Shown here piece by piece: positions 53,596-64,000 of a DNA stretch of 64,000 nt. The position numbers and the translations under genes are program-made. The notes under the pieces were generated by a model, which was given only the letters and a program-made list of their open reading frames with translations, did no database searches and was not told where the DNA came from. Source of the DNA: Octopus sinensis (taxonomy: Eukaryota); assembly GCF_006345805.1 (NCBI RefSeq), contig NC_043007.1, positions 41,292,001-41,356,000 of the forward strand, written 5' to 3'. How positions within the stretch are numbered: the stretch's first letter is position 1; each line of letters begins with the position of its first letter.

Positions 53596-55639
53596 AGAAC
53601 CTAAACACTCAATGATCACAAGAAAACAGCTGATGTGTCTAGGCGCATCACAGAATGAAGTCTGGAGAAACGTCTATAAATGAAGGAATTTTCTTTCTAT
53701 ATAAACAGCTAATTTAAAAATCAGAAGTGGTGATCGCCTTGTAAATATTTACTGCAGAGTAATGATATTTGAGATGTATTACAGATGTTTGTGGTGTATA
53801 ATAAATTAAGAGCTAAATTGTTTCGTTTTTTTTTTTTCTTTTTTTAAATATATATATTAATATTGCTTTTACTTTTAATAGGCAAGAGGTATAGTCGATT
53901 CAACAACTAGCATATCAATAGTGTTATAAATATCAATTGCTAGCAGGATTTCAACTTGGCACGCGATTAAAAAGCGCAATCTATTTCTTCTTTCAACATT
54001 GAACGTGACATGTTTGTAAACAAAAATTTTATACAGAATTAGCGCAACGAACCTACTGCGCCCGTCGAACATCGATTCCACCAGCGAATTCGCTTTGTTT
54101 ATACGTTTGTGTCTCTTTTATATCTGGTTGTTTTATATGTGTGTTTTGTTAATATATTCCTGAATCTATATGTTGATTTGGGTGTGATCCAAATTAAAAA
54201 TTTAAATGAGAACATGATGATTTAGTTTTAATCACACGCCCTTTTCTTTATCTTACTGTCTTATTGTGATGTTAATAATACGAATATGATAGAATTTTCT
54301 CTTTCCGAGAATAAATGAAATTCTGTTATTTACAGTGTCTCTGTATAAATGTAGATATCCCATGACTTAAGAAACTTGCTAATATTTTGCTAATAAACGC
54401 GAAGTTTGAGTAGGAAGGGGTAAAAAAAGGACAGCATTTTTTTTTTAGACATTTTCGAAACCCATCTTTATTTAATATATTTTATTTCATGTGTTTCTCC
54501 TGCAAGACCCCTTCAGTGACTGGAAGAATTTAGACGGGATATTTTTGGGTTAAGTGCAGGGAGGAAAATAGATTAGTCAATCGTTGGCATCGATGAAAAT
54601 AAAATATTTTCAAATACGATACATAAATAAAAGGCATACTATTCCTCCAGAAAATATAAATACATTAAAGTTTCTACTTCGAAAGTCTGCAGAAATGGAC
54701 TTCAAATTATAGAAATTTTCATTGACTTAACTAAGTTTGGTTGTTTTCTTTTCAATACACATTATATTGATTTATTTCTTGTAACCATTTTCTTCATATG
54801 TAAATTTTTTTCCCCCGTCAGTCAGAAAAAAATTTTGTTTTGGAATTTCCGCCCGTCAGAAAATAAATAAAAGTCATAATTCGTCCACCCCGAAAATAAC
54901 CGAACATCGAATGGCGTCTTGAATAATTTTTGACCACAATTCTATAACCTATAATTACATATATTCACATACATACACACACACACACACACGCATATAT
55001 GTGCGTATATTATACATACACGCACACATATATATATACGAGTATTATATATATACACACACACATAGATAGATACATACATATACATTTACACACATAC
55101 ACATAAATATACATGCATATTTATATACATATATAATACATATATTTAAATACATAGACACGTATAATACATATATTTATATAAATACACACGCATAATA
55201 CACATATTTATATACATACACATATACATATATTACACACACATATATATATACGTATGAATGAGTATATGAGAGAAAAAGGATGTGTATAGACATGAAT
55301 GTGTAATCTATGTGCGTGTGTGTGCGTGCGTACGCACAAAAAATAAACTTGTGACTCTATAAAAGTTTTAAATCACCTCCCAAATATATGATCTGTTTTC
55401 CTCCTGTAAATGATCCCAGTCGGGTCGAGGGGAACTGTCAACTGCACCATGTTAATGCAGCGACGACACATGTTCACTCACAACGACTCCATCTTGCCTG
55501 TATTGTATCACTCTCTGGTCTTTCAACAATCCCCTTTCACCTTTCTACACACTCTCACTGTCACTCCCTGTATCTTACTATATCTCTTTTTTTCCTCTAC
55601 CCCATATGTCACTTTCTAATTCCTCTCTATCTAATTATC

Positions 55640-55779
55640 CACTTCTCTCTCTCTCTCTCTCTCTCTCTTGTTCTCTTTCACTCTCTAATCTTTTAATGCA
55701 CACACCTAATTCCTTTTACTTCCTTCACACACACTCACACACACATCTATGTATGTATGTATGTATATATATATATATA

Positions 55780-55813
<34 letters not shown>

Positions 55814-55852
55814 GGTATACTATATGCATATTATACCTATATATACACACAA

Positions 55853-55887
<35 letters not shown>

Positions 55888-56015
55888 CTGTATGTATGTT
55901 TATGTATATATATGCATATATATACTGTATGTATGTATGCATGTAATAGCTATATAAGCAAATGTAACAAAAACAGCTGGGATTTTGCCCTGCCTATCTA
56001 CACTCTATACAAGTA

Positions 56016-56083
<68 letters not shown>

Positions 56084-56558
56084 CATCTGCCTATCTGTCT
56101 GTCTATCTGTGCTTGTGTGCGTGTGTATATGTGAAATCCCCGAGCCTACGTGGTCGTTTGACCTACTAGTCATAAAAGCCAATTCACATTCAAATAACAC
56201 TCTTTTTATATATATATAAAGATACTCTGACCAAAAAGGAAAAATCTTTAAGCGACCGACTTGACAAACTAAAAAGACCAACCAAATCTTCCGCAAATCA
56301 CACTCCTAAAAAACAGAAGGGCACACGTAATAATATAATCCAACTGTATGCCAAGAATAAAGAAAACGGGTGGTCGCCTTTGATCATAGGTTTGCTCGCC
56401 CAGTACTGTCCCAGAGCTAAACAACAAGAAGGGTATTTTGGATATTGTAATCCTTCATATACAAAGACTAGATGGCCAAGGCTGGACCACCTTTTGACCA
56501 CAATTCTGTTGGAGCAGGGCTGATCTTATGCTGATATATTTCGCTTCCCCCCTTCCAC

Positions 56559-56599
<41 letters not shown>

Positions 56600-56644
56600 T
56601 TATCTATCTATCTATCTATCTATCTAGCTGTCTGTCTATCTCTA

Positions 56645-56705
<61 letters not shown>

Positions 56706-57275
56706 CCAAATATCCTTTATGTCTCTTTCGTTTTTTCTTGCTTTACAATATTCATTTCCCTCTGATTCGACTAGACCCCCCCCCAACTTCCCTTCATCTC
56801 CCAATCTTTATTAATCTCTTAAAATTCTTTCATCCTCTCTCTGTAATATTTCGTTCTACTGGCTCTCCCTCACCCCTTTCCTTCTCCCCCTTTCTCACTG
56901 ACAATTGCGCTCTCTTTCTCTCTCCCATTCATTCACTCTTTGGGAGTATTCTTTTCTGTATTTCCCATTTATATATTTCTATCAATCTATTTTCCTTTTC
57001 TTGTCTCCCTAACTTATCTATGTATCATCCTCTCTCTCTCATCCCCTCTCTCTCTCTCTCTCTCTCATCCTCCTCTCTCTCTCTCTCTTTCTCTCTCTCA
57101 CTCTTTCACTCTACACACCTCTCCCTTAAAATATTCCTTCTTTCTTTCCATCTCCTATTCTCTAAGTTACGACTATTGATTAGCCTATTTTTCTCAGTCC
57201 AAACCAATTCCTTGCTTTTTATCTCTTCTTTTCCATCACACGTTATTTTTCTCTCCTTTTATCGCCCCAGTATTT

Positions 57276-57342
<67 letters not shown>

Positions 57343-57345
57343 GTC
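55640..57345. repeat. Cluster of (CT)n, (TA)n and (TATC)n microsatellites and pyrimidine-rich low-complexity DNA
   Basis: Direct inspection. Confidence 0.85.
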
Positions 57346-57825
57346 CATCTATCATATATCTATAGTTGTGGAGCTCTGGCATTAATCCCAAAATTGTTTA
57401 GAGTGATGGGGTAAGGCTTGAAAATAGATAAAATTCTTATACTGAATCAGTTCGTATGCTGCAAAATTTCCTAGTATGTTGCAAAATTTTCCCCATTCAC
57501 CAGTTGCTAAATCTATTAAAACAGGGTGATTTATTCTCGATGGAATAGTTTTAGTGTTTGATCCTTGCCGCTGTTTGAAAATAGTAGAGAGCGATCTATT
57601 TCTAGCGGGTATAAAACGTTTTAGTAAAACGTAACATGTACGAATAAAAGGAAGGTGCGCAATAATTTTTTTCCCTTACCTTTCTTGGCAGAATTTAAGC
57701 TAATGATTTATATTGTCACTAAATGCTTCAATATTGTATATTTTATTTGTTTCAATCATTGGATTACGGTTGCATAAAGCGGGAATGACAAGCAAAAAGA
57801 CATGCGCGCGCGCACACATACATAT

Positions 57826-57872
<47 letters not shown>

Positions 57873-57970
57873 ATCCAAACATGAAAACACAAAGAGAAAA
57901 CACAACAACGCGAGGACGTGGAACAAGGATAGTGTTGTTGGACGCTATTGAAAGGAAAGAAAGAAGGAGG

Positions 57971-58005
57971 ATTTAACGTTTCGAGCGGAGCTCTTCGTCA
58001 GAAAC
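57971..58005 (-). ncRNA. Minimal type I hammerhead ribozyme motif (Penelope-type) in a (TA)n-embedded repeat at 57868-58148
   Basis: GUUU-CUGACGA-A-GAGC(UCC)GCUC-GAAAC-GUU^-AAAU; palindromic AACGUU stem III. Confidence 0.75.
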
Positions 58006-58274
58006 ATAGGAAAAAGAAAGATCCGAGAAAGGAAAGACGGAGGGAAAAAAATCGCCAACGATACACACGCGGTCACATTTTGAATGACCGGAAGGGAATG
58101 GGTGAAGAAAAAGTTCTTTCAAAGACAGTAGAATGCAAGAGAAGAAGGTATATATATATATATATAATATATATATATATATATAATATATATATACATA
58201 CATACATACATACGTACATATATATACATACATACATGCATACATACATATATATATATACATACATACATACA

Positions 58275-58310
<36 letters not shown>

Positions 58311-58330
58311 TATATATATTGATCAGGACT

Positions 58331-58407
<77 letters not shown>

Positions 58408-58478
58408 CCGGAGTAAACACATAAATGTGAAACAAGGTGGAAAAAAGAGTACTCAAATACCAGTGGTAGAGTAATATG

Positions 58479-58618
58479 CTTTATTTAAAGCAGCAGAAAA
58501 TTCAACAAAACCTGTTACTCTGAGTTTCCCGTTGCCGTTCATCGGACAGTTCCGATGAACGGCAACGGGAAACTCAGAGTAACAGGTTTTGTTGAATTTT
58601 CTGCTGCTTTAAATAAAG
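58479..58618. repeat. Perfect 68-bp inverted repeat with a 4-nt loop
   Basis: 58479-58546 is the reverse complement of 58551-58618. Confidence 0.92.
58512..58549 (-). ncRNA. Variant minimal hammerhead motif (CCGAUGA core)
   Basis: CUGU-CCGAUGA-A-CG(GCAA)CG-G-GAAAC-UCAGA-GUA^-ACAG; stem I 4 bp, weak stem II. Confidence 0.55.
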
Positions 58619-58622
58619 TAAA

Positions 58623-58663
<41 letters not shown>

Positions 58664-58939
58664 ATCCAAACAAGAAAACAGAAAAAAACACAGCAACGCG
58701 AGGACGTGGAACAATTAAAGTATTATTTGACGCTCAGGAAAGAAGGGAAGTTTCAGTTCTTAGACTGTGGCCATGCTGGGGCACCGCCTTGAAGAATTTT
58801 TAGTTGGCCTCAATATTTTTTTTAAATTCTAGTACTTATTCTATCAGTTACTTTACCCGAACCGCTAATTTACGGGCCGTAAACACACCAACACTGGTTG
58901 TCAAGCGGTAGTGGAACACACAGACACACACATATATAT

Positions 58940-59335
58940 ATAAATAGTAATAATAACAATAATCCTTGGATGGAATTTATAAACATTTAATGCATCACTA
59001 CGAGCGTTTCCACAAATCACATGTCTCTTAAGATCACAGTCCGTATTCCTGGGATGATTATCGTGTAGTCCGTAGTATCCGTGAGCATTGGGTTGCCCAC
59101 GGTCAAAAGAGATAAACATCCTTCTGCTAAACATCCATTAATGTTATCTCGCCTGAAGAAATGAATCCATGAAGATGATCAATCTGATGACCACAGATAC
59201 TACGGACTATGCTGTAATCATCCTAGGAATATGGAAAGTGATTTTAAGAGACGTGATTTGTGGAAAAGTGCATAGCGATGCACTAAATGTTTATAAATCC
59301 TATCCAAGGATTATTGTTATTATTACTATATTTAT
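58940..59335. mobile_element. Old MITE/foldback element with ~140-bp diverged terminal inverted repeats
   Basis: taaatagtaataataacaataatccttggat...tagtccgtagtatc versus gatactacggacta...atccaaggattattgttattattactatattta. Confidence 0.7.
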
Positions 59336-59618
59336 CTTACATTATATCGGTGCAGCTTGATGCATCCCCAAAAATCTGGTTCACCAGTCAGCATCATTAG
59401 ACTATGGTGGCATAATGGAATATGAGCTTTATTTGCATATTCAAAACGTTTCACGTAAACACATTTAAAAGATATATATATACGACGGGCTTCTTTCAGT
59501 TTCCGTCGACCAAATCCACTTGCGAAGCTTTGGTCGGCCCGAGACTAAAGTAGAAGACACTTGCCCAAAGTGCCACGCAGTTGGACTGAACCCGGAACCG
59601 TGTGGCTGGGAAGCAAGC

Positions 59619-61382
59619 CTCTTTATTCCATGAAATTGGGCACGAAGGCCATACATAGAGGGGACGACAGCACAAGGTGAGGACAAAAAAACAAAACGAA
59701 TGGAAGAGATGAATTGAATATAATGAAAAAATGGAATGCAGCCATTCGGCCCCACCTCCGAGCGACTTCATTGAACCTGTTAATACAACCTTTTCTTTAA
59801 AAAACATTAACTACCATTGATAATGTCTTTGTGACAGCTAGTTTCCACTTTTTTGGAAAATGTCTATGTCCAGTTCCTTTAAAATGTAAGCATAACTTAC
59901 CCTTTTAGGTATTTTGCGGGGGTCCATTTTTGTAACCCACCAATCGAAATCAGTGTCTTCGTAATTTATTAATCTTGAGAGGTACTCCGGATCCACCACT
60001 GCACAGAAAACGTCTTCGGGCAACCCTCCTACCCTTGTTATGTCCACTTCTATTGCTTTGACCCATGTCTTTATCTCGTTGCAAAGTTCTTCTTTATTCC
60101 TGTTATATAATATAACAAATTTATCCATGGGCCGGGGTGGGGAGATTTGGGGCTCCTGTGTGTTTGTGTTTGTGTTTATGCCAGGCGGGGTATATAGGAG
60201 GGTTGGTGTCTGTAGGGGGTGGTTGGGATAGAGTGGCTGTGGGTAGGAGCCGAGTGGGTGTGGTTTTTTTTTGGGGGGGGGGTCGTCCTTTACCACGTGT
60301 GTCCTCTTTCTCCTCTTCCTTCTCTTTTTTCCCGCCGTTTCCCAGCTGGTGTTTACCTCCTCTTCCTCGACGCTGGTACTGGTCTTTGTCTGTGGTGCCG
60401 CTTTACTCTCCTTCTCGCTCTTTTCCTCAGCCTCCACGGGCAGTGGAGCATCAACCATCTTCTCACTCTCTTGCCTTTCCCTAGCCTTCACAGGTGGTTG
60501 AGGACAATCCGTGGTGCTATAAATGGTCACATTCATAGCACCACGGAATCCTCCCTTCCACGCTGACTTTCAGCGTCACGTCTGCGACCGTGATTGTCTC
60601 CACCATACTTTCAATATCTTCTGGGTTAATCTGTACCACTATGTCCAGACTCTGCCCTTACCAGTTTCTGTAGGGTGTTCTGGTGACCTGCAGGACCACC
60701 ACCGTTTCTTCCATGCCTAGCAGTATGGCAGCCACCAGCCAGGTTACATTCACTTCTGGTGGCATGTCTTCTACCCTAACCCTGGAAGCACGTCTCCCAA
60801 GGTATACGAGTAGAAGCACCACTTCTTCGGTTTTTAATGGTGTGGCTGAGTGCAGTCTGGCGGTAGCTATCTCCGAAACTGCATTTCCACCGTTCCATAC
60901 TTTCTTCCCCTGGCAAGGTAGGATATCTCTTGCCAGACTGGCCCCAACTTCTTTTCAACTTGTGCCTCCGACACCACTTCTATTTTTCTTGTTGCCACCA
61001 CATATGTCCTGTAAACAATCGTTCTCTCTTCCTTATCCTTTTATCCTTTAACACTTGTTTTGCGGGAAACACTTTCAAGTCGTTCCCTTCCCTTTTAAAT
61101 ATTTCCTTGAACTTGCTCAGCTCTTCCAGACTTATGTCTTCAATTTTTCCCTTTGCCGCTACAGCGTGATTCCTTGTTTCTATTACTGCGTCAATCTTGT
61201 TCAAACATTTCACCATTTCTTCCTCACGCGACACAAATTCTGAAGAAGAATGATTTAAATCCTCACAATTCATCATACGACGCCCCTCCATTAACCAAGA
61301 GGAAAAACATCGAACCGCCAAGACAACTAAAACACATGTGTGTTATTCACAAAGACAGTCGAACTAAACAAAACGCTATACC
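59619..61382 (-). mobile_element. ORF1/gag-only retroelement (L1/Tx1-like ORF1p remnant) with a 10-bp TSD inside a SINE head
   Basis: TSD GGAAGCAAGC at 59609-59618 and 61383-61392; AATAAA at the 3' end; broken ORF with LKVSVEGRIPWCYEC...DCP knuckle remnant and basic WETAGKKRRKRRKR segment; no RT seen. Confidence 0.65.
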
Positions 61383-61529
61383 GGAAGCAAGCTTCTTACC
61401 ACACAGGCACGCCTGCGACACGGTGAGCTTTCATACAGTTTCCCTCTACCAAATTCCCATACAAAGCATTGGTCAACCTGGGAGTGTGAAAGACATTGGC
61501 CTAAAATACCATGCGGTAGGACTGAACTC

Positions 61530-61967
61530 GGATCTTCTCGGTTTGAACGGCAGTTTTTTCTAGCGGTGTCATATGAAATTGTCACCCATAATTATGACCC
61601 TAGTATCGATATATTGCATTTCAATCTGTTTTAGGGTTAGGGTTAGTTAGGGTTAAGGTTAGGGCTAGGGGTGGGGGGAAGGTTATCTTTTTTTCTTCAC
61701 AAATGTAAATAAACCCAATCTGTTTCTTAAACGAGGGACATATTCATACGGCACAGAATGTTTTTTACATCAATAGACGTCAGTGATTGGTTGAAATTGA
61801 GAAATTGAAGAAAAAAAACAACAAATATCTTACAAACTATAGAATTTTCTCAATAAAGCCAAGAGAAAAAGATGTTTTATAAACACATTCTACCAGTATA
61901 CGAAGTTTAAAATTTTTTAGTTACCTAGAAATTATGTTAAAAACTGCCGTTCAAACCGAAAAGATCC
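61530..61967. mobile_element. 438-bp MITE with 28-bp TIRs, perfect 8-bp TSD and internal TTAGGG repeats (Merlin- or hAT-like)
   Basis: GGATCTTCTCGGTTTGAACGGCAGTTTT / AAAACTGCCGTTCAAACCGAAAAGATCC; TSD CTGAACTC at 61522-61529 and 61968-61975. Confidence 0.88.
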
Positions 61968-62572
61968 CTGAACTCGAAACCACATGGTTTCAAAACGAGC
62001 TGCTTCAGCTCAAGGCCATACCCCTACTTTATTATATCTTTTATAATTTCTTTTATTTGTTTCAGGCATTAGACTGCGGCCATGCTAGGGCACCACCTTG
62101 AAGAATTTTTGTCTTTTAGTCGAACGAATTGATCCTAGTACTTTCTAATTTTTTAAAAGCCTAGTACTTATTCTATCGGTCTCTTTTGTCGAACCGCTAT
62201 GTTACGGGGACAGAAACACTTCAACACCGGTTGTAAAACGGTGGTAGAGACAAACACAGATACATACAAACACAGCTATATGTATACGACGGGCGTCTTT
62301 CAGCTTCCGTCAACCAAATCCACTCACAAAGCTTTGGTTGGCCCGAGGCTATAGTAGAAGACACTTGCCCGAAGTGTCACGTAATAGGACTGAACGCGGA
62401 ACCATGTGGTTGGGAAGCAAGCTTCTTACAACACAGCCATGGCTAGGTTTCATCCGGGCATTTCCTCCCCAGAATGAGTGGAGAGGAAATAACCATAGAG
62501 TATTTGTTCACTAAAATCTATATATTTTATATATTGCCTCACCTACGTTAAGTCTGATAGTACCGATTAGAC

Positions 62573-63680
62573 TAGTGATTCCCAAACATTTTCAGGCTAC
62601 CGCCCCCATGATACTCACGCCACATTCCTAGCGCCCCCTCTCCCCCTCAACACTACAAACATAGACCATTTTCTCCAGCAAATTTAAAAGAAAAGTATAT
62701 TACAAATAAAACTTGACCTAATTAAACCATTATTTTGTTGTTTTTACATCCATCGTCCCCTTTTGGCCACCCCATTATTACACCATTATCAACAGTCCCT
62801 GGATCTTTCCATTGGATTCGACCATGAGTTTTCTGAGTGGGTCGAATAAGACTACATTTTCAGAGTTGTCACCATAGTGTAAAAGAAGAAACGAAACCTG
62901 CAAGCAAGCCACCAGCTTCATCGCAGGCTATTATAGTTACTGATTGTCATGAGAGAGAGAGTGGGGAGAGAGACAGACAGGCAGAGACAGAGAGTCATAT
63001 AACTAACAGAGGTGATTGTTTGCGTCCATTTCCATCACCTTTGAGATTATAGAAGTGGAAGCTATATATCGATAATTGATGTGCTTTTATGTTGTCACGA
63101 GGGGCTTGCAATCGCATAAGCTTGAGCTGGTCAGTGAAGGCATATTTCGTTGGCTGCTTCAATGATAACTGAATCAAACTCGCGAACATTTAACTTGATA
63201 TTTATTGCCAGACATATTGATATTTGGTGTTGGCTCTTTTCAATGAACAATATTAATAATTGCTGGATATGACTGAGACAAAAACTGCTCTGAAAATAAA
63301 GAAAATGGTTTGTATAACATATTGCGGTCAATGCAAATGTACACGAAGTCGTCTGCGCAAATCTCTGAGGCAAACTGTGTTATTAGCGGTCCATTGGCCG
63401 TTTTCATGGCAAGAGTGGAGGCGCACAAGTCAGCTGCCCTCAACACTCTGCAGTTGATTGAGCACCAAAAGCGATTATTATGAAAAACAAGAAAGCAAAC
63501 TTTAGAACATTAGAGAAAACCACATCATTTCACATCCGCACGTTAGTTGGTCGATTTATAGATCGATCACGTGAAACTATAGTGATTCACTCGAGTTGTT
63601 TGGCCGAGTATCTAGTGGTTAGGTTTCGAATCACTGCAACAATATCTTATGCGTTTCAATAGAATGGACTAGATCTGGGG
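62573..63680. mobile_element. Possible hAT/Charlie-type DNA transposon remnant
   Basis: Left end TAGTGATTCCCAAAC resembles Charlie TIRs; CpG-richer internal sequence; no clear right end or transposase motif. Confidence 0.3.
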
Positions 63681-64000
63681 AGAGAGAAGGAAGGAAGGGA
63701 AGAGAGCGAGAAAGATTGGTTGCAGTGAGCATTGTGTGGAGCTAATAAAAGGATACAGGGAATACCTTGTTCGCTGGCAGTGATCAGACAATAGTTCACA
63801 TTTGAGGGCTGTACGTGATCAAGAGATTGGTGTATGATGGAAGGTAAGGTTTACGATATCGGAAGAATATCACCGTCTTCCATCATCTTTTTGTTCTTCG
63901 TGTAGTTCAGGCTTCCGGCAGGCGAAGAGAGAAGACTTCAAGTATAAATGCTATTTACAACTGGTTTATTTACAGGTTTCACAGGATAGGTTAAGTGTGC

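Noticed and set aside
47627-53608. Dozens of long Y/I/M/C/V/H-rich ORFs
   Set aside because: Translations of (TA)/(TACA) microsatellites that lack stop codons by composition
56528-57385. 285-aa Leu/Ser/Phe-rich ORF resembling a membrane protein
   Set aside because: Derived from (CT)n and (TATC)n low-complexity DNA
61630-61672. True telomere or chromosome end
   Set aside because: Only a few degenerate TTAGGG units inside a TIR-bounded MITE

Overview
AT-rich, microsatellite- and SINE-dense animal DNA, most consistent with a coleoid cephalopod such as Octopus (inferred from the repeat families, not proven). Two spliced protein-coding genes can be rebuilt exon by exon and converge on each other. 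On the + strand are the last 8 coding exons (2267-16425) of a single-pass membrane protein with at least 7 Notch/Crumbs-type EGF repeats, partly built by exon-pair duplication. On the - strand is a complete STYX pseudophosphatase (43755-20249, motif HGNAGISRS) with a candidate alternative first exon. The rest is transposon debris: R4/Dong, RTE and CR1-type LINE fragments, a deleted Gypsy LTR element, mariner/pogo/hAT/Merlin-type MITEs, Helentron-type HINEs, many SINEs, and a 4.3-kb (TA/TACA)n array. The least obvious signal is a set of four unrelated type I hammerhead-ribozyme motifs (9916-9978, 32470-32513, 57971-58005, 58512-58549). Three sit in (TA)n-embedded non-coding repeats, two of those inside long inverted repeats, and one lies downstream of a tRNA-type B box. 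There is also an ORF1-only element inserted with a 10-bp target duplication into the tRNA-derived head of a SINE. Most ORFs in the supplied track are microsatellite artefacts.
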